Shown piece after piece: positions 1 to 7,825 of a DNA stretch of 64,000 nt. The stretch is taken from positions 26,605 to 90,604 of the forward strand of contig JBLNCC010000076.1 of assembly GCA_050260395.1 (NCBI GenBank). Reading direction: 5' to 3'. Both the position numbers and the translations under genes were made by a program. The notes beneath the pieces are model-generated. The model was not told the DNA's origin. It did not search any database and saw only the letters and a program-made list of their open reading frames with translations. Within the stretch, counting starts at the first letter, position 1. The number at the start of each line of letters is the position of its first letter. The DNA comes from Betaproteobacteria bacterium. GTDB lineage: Bacteria > Bacillota > SHA-98 > UBA4971.

Positions 1-525
1 CAGGAATTTCTCTCCGGCCGTCGTCTGGATTTCGTTCTCGGCTCCGTCCACTGGGTTGAGAGCCTGTCCGCGACCGGGGAGGTTTTCGATCGCTACGGGC
101 TTGAGGAGTCTTGCCGCCGCTATTTGCAGAACGTGTTGGGGCTTGCCCGCTCAGGGTTGTACGATTCCCTCGCCCACCTCGATTTCATTAAGAGGTATGC
201 TTTTGAAAGATATGGCAAGACTCCCCTGGAAGCGTTCCCCGATGAGATCGAGGCGATTCTGAAGGCGCTCATAGAGAACGGGACCGCGTTGGAGATCAAT
301 ACCTCGGGCCTCAGGCGCCCCGTTCACGAGACCCTCCCGGGCGTGGAGACGCTTAGGCTCTACCGCAGGCTGGGAGGCGAGCTCGTGACGTTCGGGTCCG
401 ACGCTCACCGGGTGCAGCACGCCGGCTTCGCCATACCGTACGCGGTCGATCTCGCGAGGTCCATTGGTTTCCGGTACGTCACCATCTTTCGCGATAGAAA
501 TCCAGAATTTATCAGTCTAGAGTGA
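1..525 (+). CDS. PHP-family histidinol-phosphatase-like hydrolase, C-terminal part (5' end lies outside the window)
   Basis: Frame 1 is open from base 1 and runs into track ORF 124..525. Motifs GSVHW, DSLAHLDFIKRY, ALEINTSGLR and FGSDAH are those of PHP-domain histidinol phosphatases (HisJ/HisK type). Recognised by eye only. Confidence 0.7.
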   Translation, partial: QEFLSGRRLDFVLGSVHWVESLSATGEVFDRYGLEESCRRYLQNVLGLARSGLYDSLAHLDFIKRYAFERYGKTPLEAFPDEIEAILKALIENGTALEINTSGLRRPVHETLPGVETLRLYRRLGGELVTFGSDAHRVQHAGFAIPYAVDLARSIGFRYVTIFRDRNPEFISLE

Positions 526-660
526 CTGTGGTCAAGCACTCCCTTCTCTCCAGCACAGGGCAGCATAGGGCGGTAGAGGGCGGCATCCAGCACGACCCTT
601 TCATAGCCCGCTTGAGAGCCGGGAATCATATGCGTGCCAGGTGAGAAGGGGGGACTTGCG

Positions 661-1008
661 ATGCCGGCCAGAAAGAATCGGCCTGCCGCGAAGGGCGCGA
701 AACGCCCGCTCGACGTGCTCAAGTATGAGATCGCGCGCGAGATGAACCTTCCTCAAGAGGTTTATCAGCATGGCTACTGGGGCAATCTTTCGTCCAGGGA
801 ATGCGGTGCTGTCGGGGGACGCATGGTCAAGAAAATGATCGAGGCCGCCGAGAAAGCCATCGCTGAGCAAGTGGCAGCCGAGGCAGTGGCCGGATTCCGG
901 TCCGGCCTGGGGCTACCTCTGACTGGTAGCGGCGTGACCGACGCCGGTGAACCCGGCACCACCGACCGGGCGGGCGAAGCCGAAGAGGAAACCTCACCCG
1001 GGGTCTAA
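661..1008 (+). CDS. Alpha/beta-type small acid-soluble spore protein (SspF-like core) with a long acidic/Gly-rich C-terminal tail
   Basis: Track ORF 634..1008. I prefer ATG 661, with GAAGGGGGG about 8 nt upstream. The core LKYEIAREMNL...GYWGNLSSRECGAVGGRMVKKMIEAAE matches both conserved alpha/beta SASP blocks. About 45 residues follow the core. Confidence 0.8.
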   Translation: MPARKNRPAAKGAKRPLDVLKYEIAREMNLPQEVYQHGYWGNLSSRECGAVGGRMVKKMIEAAEKAIAEQVAAEAVAGFRSGLGLPLTGSGVTDAGEPGTTDRAGEAEEETSPGV

Positions 1009-1058
1009 AGAGATCGCCATAAGCAACCGCCGGTTCCAGGGAGCGTACGCACCGTGTA

Positions 1059-1174
1059 GGGTTGCCGGTGTTGCACCCGGGGACGGCGCCCCAAGCGGAG
1101 CGCGCTTTGGCAAAATCCGGCGCGTCTGGCTAGTGGGCGGATTTTGACGCCCCTCGTGCAATCACCGGCAACCC
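1059..1174. repeat. GC-rich palindromic intergenic element, copy A (REP/MITE-like nested hairpins)
   Basis: It starts with GGGTTGCCGGTGTTGCAC (1059..1076) and ends with the near reverse complement GTGCAATCACCGGCAACCC (1156..1174). An inner inverted repeat CAAAATCCG...CGGATTTTG is present. A second copy with the identical 18-mer lies at 59138..59273. Confidence 0.6.
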
Positions 1175-1609
1175 AGGACCTCGCGCTTGCGCACCCCGCG
1201 GGCTCGGGTCATCCCGGCCCGTGCGTGCTGACGCGCACGGCCCTGCCCGGTGCGGGCGCGAAGAGCGGCGGAGACCGGCGGGAGTCGCGGCGGAGGGCCC
1301 GGTTTGCCGGATCTTGCGGCAAACATACGGGGCACGTGGGGTGCGTGCGACATGCGCACCCCACGCTGCAGTGGCGGGACTTATGCGGGACACCTGCGGC
1401 GTGCCCGCGGCCCGCCCCGCGGCGTGCCCGGCAGAGGGCCGGGTGGTGGTACCCGTGCCCCCGTACCGGCGCGGTGGAGAGGTTTTCCCGGCCTGGCGAG
1501 GGCGTCTCCATAGAGTAACCGAATTATGTCCTCTCCATGCATTCCCTCGTATGCGTTCTGCGTGTGGTGTGAGACTATAAGCAGAAAGCGCGAAGGGTGG
1601 TGAAGAGGA

Positions 1610-1954
1610 ATGGCACGAGGCGCGGCCAGAAGGAATCGTCCGGTTGTCCCCAACGCCCTCGCGGCGCTTGACAGGTTCAAGTACGAGATAGCCAACGAGC
1701 TGAACCTGCCCAGCAACATCATCAACTCGGGTTACTGGGGTACGCTGCCCTCCGCTCAGTGCGGGGCTGTTGGCGGACACATGGTGCGCAGGATGATCGA
1801 GGCCGCCGAGCGATCCCTGGTTGAGGGAACGGCAGCCGGTGTGAGGGCCGGGTTCCAAGCCGGGCTCGCTCAGCCTACTGCTCAGCAGCCCACCCAAACC
1901 GGGTACGGCGTCGGGCAGGCTCAGGCGGGCTATAACCAGCCTCTACCGATGTAG
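1610..1954 (+). CDS. Alpha/beta-type small acid-soluble spore protein (SspF-like core) with a long Gln/Gly/Ala-rich C-terminal tail
   Basis: Track ORF 1610..1954. The core FKYEIANELNL...GYWGTLPSAQCGAVGGHMVRRMIEAAE is paralogous to the gene at 661..1008. Confidence 0.8.
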   Translation: MARGAARRNRPVVPNALAALDRFKYEIANELNLPSNIINSGYWGTLPSAQCGAVGGHMVRRMIEAAERSLVEGTAAGVRAGFQAGLAQPTAQQPTQTGYGVGQAQAGYNQPLPM

Positions 1955-1984
1955 GCGGTCCAAGTTGTGAGTGCGTCACGGAAA

Positions 1985-2022
1985 GCGCCCCTTCATAACA
2001 CGAGGGGGCGCGCTCGTTTATT
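1985..2022 (+). terminator. Rho-independent-type terminator after the second SASP gene
   Basis: Stem GCGCCCC (1985..1991) pairs with GGGGCGC (2005..2011) and is followed by GCTCGTTTATT. Confidence 0.55.
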
Positions 2023-2420
2023 CTCGGCCGGCGTTCTCACCGCACCGTCTCCGCGTCCGCGTCGTCGACAACTGTCCGCAAGCTGTCTGCTCCGGGGGTC
2101 GGCGTAAGCCGTGTGCTCATGGGGAATACTGAGATCGCCGCGGGCTGCGGCCGTCCGCGCGCAGACCGCAGAAAGGACCGTGTAGACGCGCACGACTTTG
2201 AGATACATCAGGACGCGTTGAGATGCACCCGGGTTCTGGGTGCGGTGACCCGCAGGCGAATGAGGCGGCGCACGCGCCGCGGGCGACGCGCGAAAGTGAG
2301 CAGGCGACGTAAGCTGCGCGAATGGTGCCGAGCGGCGGCACGGGACCGGGACGTGGACGAGCCGTAGACAGTCGTGGCCCCGATTTCGGGGAATGCGAAC
2401 GAGAAGGAAGGAGAACGCGA

Positions 2421-2615
2421 ATGAAGAAAAACGACGAGCGAAAGTGTCCCAGGCTTCCAGACAATGCCGAGGAGAGCATCAAGTGCAAACAATGCGGGAA
2501 TATGTTCGAGATCGGCGGCGCGTCTGTGGAGGAAATGGTTTCGTGTCCCGTCTGCGGGGCCGCCATGAGCGTCGCTGACTCCCTGCGCACGAGTGCTTCG
2601 AACGAGGACTATTAG
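2421..2615 (+). CDS. Small zinc-ribbon protein (64 aa, CxxC...CxxC)
   Basis: This is the internal ATG of track ORF 2322..2615, preceded by GAAGGAAGGAG. The sequence is MKKNDERKCPRLPDNAEESIKCKQCGNMFEIGGASVEEMVSCPVCGAAM. Its stop lies 3 nt before the next ORF. Confidence 0.55.
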   Translation: MKKNDERKCPRLPDNAEESIKCKQCGNMFEIGGASVEEMVSCPVCGAAMSVADSLRTSASNEDY

Positions 2616-2618
2616 GGG

Positions 2619-4343
2619 TTGTCGACGCAGAAGGCATCTATATGGGGGTTGAGAAACGTGGGGAAGCGGATCCTTGTGGTGGGCGGCGTGGCTGGCGGGG
2701 CAGGCGCGGCTGTGAAGGCGCGGCGAGTATCTGAAGAAGCGGACGTGGTGGTCTTCGAGCGCACGCCTTACGTCTCATGGGCGAATTGCGGCCTGCCCTA
2801 CTACATAGGGGGGATCATCCGACAGCGGGAGGAGCTATTCATCGTCACCCCAGAGCGCCTGGCCTCCAGGTTCAATATCGACGTCCGGACACGCCACGAG
2901 GTCGTGGCGATCGACAAGGCGCGTAAGATGGTGTCCGTCCGCAACCTCGAGACGGGGGACGCATGGGAGGAGCGCTACGACGCTCTCATTCTGGCCACCG
3001 GCAGCGAGCCTGCCCGCCCGCCGATACGAGGCCTGGATGGCCCCAGGGTGTTCACCCTCGTATCGGTGGAGGACGGTGACAAGCTTCGAAGCTTTCTCGA
3101 CGAGCGCAAACCGACGAACGCAGTGGTAATCGGGGGCGGATTCATCGGCCTCGAGGCTGCGGACGCGCTTCTCGAGCGGGGGCTCGGCGTTACGCTGGTG
3201 GAGATGATGGACCACTTGTTGCCGCCGGTGGACGGGGAGATGGCGGAACCCCTGGCGGCCCACCTCAGGGACAAGGGCGCTCGCGTGCTGCTTGGGGAGA
3301 AGGTCGCCGCGGTGACGCAACGCGATGGTACGGGCGCGGGCGGCCTCCAGCTGGAGTTGGCGAGCGGGGACACGGTTGCCTGCGACTTCGTGGTGTCCGC
3401 GGTGGGGGTCGCGCCTCGACTGGACCTCGCCAAGCAGACGGGACTGGCCATCGGCCAAGCCGGTGGCGTCGTTGTGAATGACAGGATGCAGACGAGCGAT
3501 CCGAGCATATACGCGGCCGGGGATATATGTGAGATAAAGCACCTCGTGACCGGAAAACCAGTCCGCGTGCCGCTTGCCGGGCCGGCGAACAAGCAAGCCA
3601 GGGTAGCCGGGGCGAACGCCGCGGGAGGTAACATGCGCTACGCGGGCTCGCTTGGTACCATGGTTGTCAAAGTGGGCGACTTGACCATAGCGAAAACCGG
3701 CCTTTCCGAGAGAGAGGCATCTTCGGAAGGAATCCCGCATTACGTTTCGTATACGCACTCCCAGCACCACGCCGGATACTACCCCGGTGCGCGCATGATG
3801 ACCATAAAACTCGTTGTGGACAGGTTCACCGGCCGGGTGTTGGGTGCGCAGATCGTGGGCGGCGCGGGCGTAGATAAGAGAATAGACGTCATCGCCACGG
3901 CGATCCACGCTCGCATGACCGTGGAGGACCTCGAGGACCTCGACCTCGCGTACTCGCCGCCGTACTCATCCGCGAAAGACCCGGTCAACGTGGCGGGGTT
4001 CGTGGCCGCGAACATCCACCGCGGCGAGGTGGATACCATCGAGCCCGATGATCTCGAGAACCTTCTCGCGCGCGAGGAGATCCAGCTTGTGGACGTCCGG
4101 ACCCCAGGCGAACGCAACAGGTTGGGTGCGATCCCGGGGTCGCGCCTGATGCCCCTGGACGAGCTGCGGACGGTTGCCGGTGAGCTCGACCCGCGCAAAA
4201 AGACCGTGGTATACTGCGCCGTTGGGTACCGCTCGTACCTTGCGTACAGGATCCTGAAGCAACGCGGCTTCGACGACGTTTCCCATCTAGCGGGCGGGTT
4301 TGACGCGTGGAGGATGTTTACGGGGAAACGTCAGATCACCTGA
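2619..4343 (+). CDS. CoA-disulfide reductase / NADH-dependent persulfide reductase with C-terminal rhodanese domain (CoADR-RHD)
   Basis: FAD fold VVGGVAGGAGAA, redox Cys in SWANCGLPYY, second dinucleotide fold VVIGGGFIGLEAA, and a C-terminal rhodanese with active-site loop VVYCAVGYRS. The true start may be TTG 2649 or GTG 2658. Confidence 0.85.
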   Translation: MSTQKASIWGLRNVGKRILVVGGVAGGAGAAVKARRVSEEADVVVFERTPYVSWANCGLPYYIGGIIRQREELFIVTPERLASRFNIDVRTRHEVVAIDKARKMVSVRNLETGDAWEERYDALILATGSEPARPPIRGLDGPRVFTLVSVEDGDKLRSFLDERKPTNAVVIGGGFIGLEAADALLERGLGVTLVEMMDHLLPPVDGEMAEPLAAHLRDKGARVLLGEKVAAVTQRDGTGAGGLQLELASGDTVACDFVVSAVGVAPRLDLAKQTGLAIGQAGGVVVNDRMQTSDPSIYAAGDICEIKHLVTGKPVRVPLAGPANKQARVAGANAAGGNMRYAGSLGTMVVKVGDLTIAKTGLSEREASSEGIPHYVSYTHSQHHAGYYPGARMMTIKLVVDRFTGRVLGAQIVGGAGVDKRIDVIATAIHARMTVEDLEDLDLAYSPPYSSAKDPVNVAGFVAANIHRGEVDTIEPDDLENLLAREEIQLVDVRTPGERNRLGAIPGSRLMPLDELRTVAGELDPRKKTVVYCAVGYRSYLAYRILKQRGFDDVSHLAGGFDAWRMFTGKRQIT

Positions 4344-4434
4344 GATTCATTCCAGCGTGTAGTCCTGGGAAACCGACCCACCAACGATGAAACGCGGGGG
4401 CGGTTCGAATCTGGCCACCCGGTGCTAACTAATT

Positions 4435-4562
4435 CGCCACGAGGCTGTTGAACTCTCCCCGGACGCGGCAGTTAGCCAGTTTAGCTGACCGCGTCCACAG
4501 CTTGGCGGGCTTCAGCCGAGCTGCTGTTGCGTAATGCGGGAATGTCGAACAGCCTCGTGGCG
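4435..4562. terminator. Nested GC-rich hairpin between convergent genes (likely bidirectional terminator, no U-tract)
   Basis: Outer arms CGCCACGAGGCTGTT (4435..4449) and AACAGCCTCGTGGCG (4548..4562) are perfect 15-mers. The inner hairpin is GGACGCGG (4461..4468) with CCGCGTCC (4489..4496). The structure ends 6 nt from the treT-like stop codon. Confidence 0.5.
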
Positions 4563-4568
4563 CCATAC

Positions 4569-5852
4569 TCAGACGACGGACTCTCGTACCGTGGGACCTC
4601 CACTTTCTGTAAGGTCCCTGAAGAGCATAAGGTAGTCCGCGAGATGTCGGGTGGAAAGGAAACGCCGTCTCACGTGGTCCTTGCCTAACATGCCCATTTC
4701 CCGTGCTTTCGTGGGGTTTGCGAGAAGGTACGAGATCCTCTGCGCGCACTCCTCCACCGAGCCCACGAGGAAACCCGACTTGCCGTCCTCAACCTGCAAC
4801 GGGATTCCGCCGACATTGCTGGCCACTACCGGGCGGGCCTTCCAGAGTCCTTCGGAGACGGTTAAACCGAAGCCCTCTCGGACTGATTTCTGTATCACTA
4901 CGTCCGCGGCGGTCTGGAACGCGTTCACATCGGCGTTGCCGACGCCGTTCAAGTTGGACAGGACATGCACGTCCGGGTCTCCCGCGGCGTGCTCCACTGA
5001 CATGCGGTAATACGCCATGCCCTCCGGGTCATCCGCCGCCATGGACCCGATGAGGGCGAGCTGCACCCCGGGGAGATCGCGCTTCACCATGCGGTAAGCG
5101 TCGATGACCCCGAGTGGGTCCTTCCATGGGTCGAAACGGGACACCTGCACCATGATGGGTCTGGAAGGGTCCAGGCCGTATCCGGCGACGATCTCTCTCG
5201 CGGTCTCCAGCGGCATCTCCACGTTCTTAGGGCTCAAAGGGTCGATGGACGGCGGGATCATGGCAAGCCGTGGCACGCGAAGGCCTTGCTTGGCGTACTC
5301 CGGCATTGTGAATATCGCCGCGTCATAGCGCTCTACGTACGGCCGCACGAGGCTCCACGCTTCTTCCGCGGGGCTCGAGAGATCGATGTGGCACCGCCAG
5401 ATCCACTTCGTCTTCGGTCCGAACTTGTCTCGAAGGCGGGTTGCAAGAGGGGCCGGCTGGGGATCGTGCACGATCACGAAGTCCGGGCTGCCTAGGTCCG
5501 AGAATGACGCGGCCTCCCGCTCGTTTACGGCCAGGTACGTGTCCAGCCCAGACACGAGGTCCTGGCCTGCCATCCCTTGCAGTGAGTTGTGCAGGGCCTT
5601 GGTAAAATCGAAGAACTCGGGCGGCGCTTCGATGACTGACCACGTGGCCGCAAGGCCGATGTCCCTCATCAGAGGCACGATCGTGTTCAAGATCTCGGCC
5701 ACGCCCCCGCCGTAGGCGGTGGAATTGATGTGAAGGACCTCCGCGCCCTTGAACGGCTCGGCGAGCGCCCTTATTTCCTCGAGCACGCTTTCTCCCGCGA
5801 GTTTCCCGTAATCACTCAGGGATTTGATTGCAGTCTTGATCGTTTTTGCCAT
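4569..5852 (-). CDS. treT: Trehalose glycosyltransferring synthase (TreT-like GT4 glycosyltransferase)
   Basis: Blocks HINSTAYGGGVAEIL, WIWRCHIDLSSP, IPPSIDPLSPKNVE, VQVSRFDPWKDP, DDPEG and REGFGLTVSEGLWK match, as I remember them, the Thermococcus/Pyrococcus TreT sequence. It is the last gene of a sugar ABC operon. Confidence 0.8.
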   Translation of the reverse strand: MAKTIKTAIKSLSDYGKLAGESVLEEIRALAEPFKGAEVLHINSTAYGGGVAEILNTIVPLMRDIGLAATWSVIEAPPEFFDFTKALHNSLQGMAGQDLVSGLDTYLAVNEREAASFSDLGSPDFVIVHDPQPAPLATRLRDKFGPKTKWIWRCHIDLSSPAEEAWSLVRPYVERYDAAIFTMPEYAKQGLRVPRLAMIPPSIDPLSPKNVEMPLETAREIVAGYGLDPSRPIMVQVSRFDPWKDPLGVIDAYRMVKRDLPGVQLALIGSMAADDPEGMAYYRMSVEHAAGDPDVHVLSNLNGVGNADVNAFQTAADVVIQKSVREGFGLTVSEGLWKARPVVASNVGGIPLQVEDGKSGFLVGSVEECAQRISYLLANPTKAREMGMLGKDHVRRRFLSTRHLADYLMLFRDLTESGGPTVRESVV

Positions 5853-5918
5853 TCCACATCGTCTCCGTATTCTTTTCGCGTATTCTGAAACAGCTTCCCA
5901 ATTGCCACGGGTGTCCGG

Positions 5919-6752
5919 TCATTTAGACACCCATCCAACCATTCCCTTGACGTAATGCCGTTGCAGGAAGGCGAATACCAGAATGGGCGCGAGCATCACG
6001 ATGATCGTGCCCGCGGTGAGGACCCCCCAATCGATGTGGTAAACTCCCCTCAGAAGCGGTATGCGTTGGGTGGCGAGAAGCTTCTCGGGCGAGTATATCA
6101 GGATGAGGGCCAGGAAGAAGTCATTCCAGACCCACATGAACTGGAGCACGGCTGAAGACACCAGCGCGGGCACGCACATGGGCAACACTATTTGGAAGAA
6201 CACCCTGAAGTCTGACGCTCCGTCAACGCGCGCGGCTTCCTCGACCTCGATGGGGAGCGTGGAGAAGAAGTTCCTCATGAAAAAGAGGATCCACGGGATC
6301 CCCCACGCCGAGTGGACCAGAACCAGCCCGAGAGGCGTGTCGACAAGGCCGAGGTTCTTCATTATCTGGAAGATCGGGACGGCGATCATCTGCTGTGGGA
6401 TGGTCATGAGCATAACGATGGTGAGGAACAGGTAGGTCTTCATGGCAAACCTGAACCTCGCGAATCCGTATGCTGCAATGGCCGCGACGAAAAGCGGGAC
6501 GATGGTGCCCGGAACTGCGATCTTCACCGAGTTGACCACGCCTTGAGAGAGCGGGGCTGCGGGGTGGTTCCACGCTCCCACGAAGTTGCGCAGCGTGGGT
6601 GTGAACGACTCGAACCTCCACCATCCGTGGATTATCTCACTGAGCGGCCTTATCGAGGCCATGAGCACGCCGAGGAACGGGATGATCCACACGAGCCCGA
6701 TGGCCCACGCTAGCGCATCCCTGGACAGCGCTGTGAGGGCTTTCCTTCGCAC
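5919..6752 (-). CDS. Carbohydrate ABC transporter permease (MalG-type)
   Basis: Multi-pass membrane protein with the EAA loop EEAARVDGASDFRVFFQIVLP. Confidence 0.9.
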   Translation of the reverse strand: MRRKALTALSRDALAWAIGLVWIIPFLGVLMASIRPLSEIIHGWWRFESFTPTLRNFVGAWNHPAAPLSQGVVNSVKIAVPGTIVPLFVAAIAAYGFARFRFAMKTYLFLTIVMLMTIPQQMIAVPIFQIMKNLGLVDTPLGLVLVHSAWGIPWILFFMRNFFSTLPIEVEEAARVDGASDFRVFFQIVLPMCVPALVSSAVLQFMWVWNDFFLALILIYSPEKLLATQRIPLLRGVYHIDWGVLTAGTIIVMLAPILVFAFLQRHYVKGMVGWVSK

Positions 6753-6759
6753 GTTCCCT

Positions 6760-7674
6760 TCACCTCGCTTCCCGCGCGGACCTTATCATCATCGGGGCCG
6801 CCACGAGAGTTGTCAGCAACATGAGCACACACGCCACCGCCGCCGCGTTATTCCAATTGAATTCGCGGAACGCATAGAAGTACATTTGAAGCGCGAGCAC
6901 GTTGGACGCTCCGCCCGGGCCCCCCATAGTCGCGGCGTAAACCACATCGAAGATCTTGAGGTCCCAGAGGAAGGTCATTGTCACGACCACCTCGGTTATC
7001 GGCCGGAGGAGTGGGAAGGTTATCCTGAAAAACATGGAAAGGGGCGACGCCCCGTCTATCATTGCGGCCTCGTACACTTCCGAAGGGATCGTTTCCAGCC
7101 CCGCGGAATACAGCACCATGCCAAACGGGACCCAGAGCCACAGGGATCCCAGGATGAGCGACAGGAGGGCGGTCTCCGGATATGCAGTGAGCGTCTTCGG
7201 AGTGCCGCCGAACAGCCGCACAATGCCGGATACTATCCCTATGCTGCCGTCGAACATGAAGCGCAGGATGATCCCGCCCACTATCATTGGTGTGACCATG
7301 CCTAGGAACACTATGGACTTAATGATGGATCCGCCCCTCACGCCCCTTAGGACGACCGCGAGCGCAAGGCCCAGAAGCACCGTCAACGGAAGGTGAATCA
7401 CGAGCCACATGAAATTGTGGATGAGCGCCCCGTAGGGGAACCCCCTCTGGAAGCCCCTTGGGTCCACCATCTCAGGCTGGCTCAGGACCTCGGCGTAGTT
7501 GTCGAGACCAACGAAATCGCCCTTTGGTGAGAGGAAACTCAGCCAGACGGTGTTCACCACGGGATACACCACGAACGCCGCGAGCAACACCAGGGCCGGC
7601 ACAAAGAAAACCAGGCGGAGCAACCTCTCTCGCATGTTCAGCGCTCCTCTCCTCGCCCGCGGCACGGTGGGCAC
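6760..7674 (-). CDS. Carbohydrate ABC transporter permease (MalF-type)
   Basis: Multi-pass membrane protein with the EAA loop YEAAMIDGASPLSMFFRITFP. The start may be the internal Met in ...LNMRERLL. Confidence 0.9.
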   Translation of the reverse strand: MPTVPRARRGALNMRERLLRLVFFVPALVLLAAFVVYPVVNTVWLSFLSPKGDFVGLDNYAEVLSQPEMVDPRGFQRGFPYGALIHNFMWLVIHLPLTVLLGLALAVVLRGVRGGSIIKSIVFLGMVTPMIVGGIILRFMFDGSIGIVSGIVRLFGGTPKTLTAYPETALLSLILGSLWLWVPFGMVLYSAGLETIPSEVYEAAMIDGASPLSMFFRITFPLLRPITEVVVTMTFLWDLKIFDVVYAATMGGPGGASNVLALQMYFYAFREFNWNNAAAVACVLMLLTTLVAAPMMIRSAREAR

Positions 7675-7725
7675 GCGTTACACGCATCTGCAGTTCCTTC
7701 GGCTGCTGCCAGCACGAACGCGGCG

Positions 7726-7753
7726 GGGCGCGGCCGGGCGAACGGCCGCGCCC
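7726..7753. promoter_or_regulatory. Intercistronic GC hairpin between the binding-protein and permease genes
   Basis: GGGCGCGGCC (7726..7735) pairs perfectly with GGCCGCGCCC (7744..7753) around an 8-nt loop. It sits in the 151-nt gap after the SBP stop. Confidence 0.5.
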
Positions 7754-7825
7754 GCGCCGCAGGCTGGCGTGCTGGAATCGAGTGCCCAACTCTCCAGCGC
7801 GGGGTTCATGAAACGCGCGCTTGTG

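Noticed and set aside
560-660. Forespore (SigG/SigF) promoters upstream of the three SASP genes and of the DD-carboxypeptidase (for example GAGACTA at about 1571, GACACTA upstream of 26592, and GTATA-N13-GGGTATATTA at 14599..14626).
   Set aside because: The candidate -10 elements share only A.ACTA. The -35 elements and spacings are inconsistent between paralogues and do not cleanly fit GHATR-N17-18-CATnnTA or the SigF consensus. I cannot support them without a matrix scan or transcription-start data.
1130-1897. Track ORFs filling the SASP spacer and the 2024..2420 gap (for example 1130..1897 minus, 1144..1518 plus, 2113..2367 plus).
   Set aside because: They are mutually overlapping in several frames, have Arg/Pro/Ala-rich translations, lack RBS or motifs, and cover hairpin and repeat sequence. 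I treat them as non-coding.
4395-4420. A tRNA-like T-loop motif GGTTCGAATC, possibly a tRNA or a tRNA remnant marking an integration site.
   Set aside because: The flanking bases do not form a T stem (GGCGG against CTGGC). No acceptor, D or anticodon arms can be drawn on either strand. No integrase or direct repeat is nearby.
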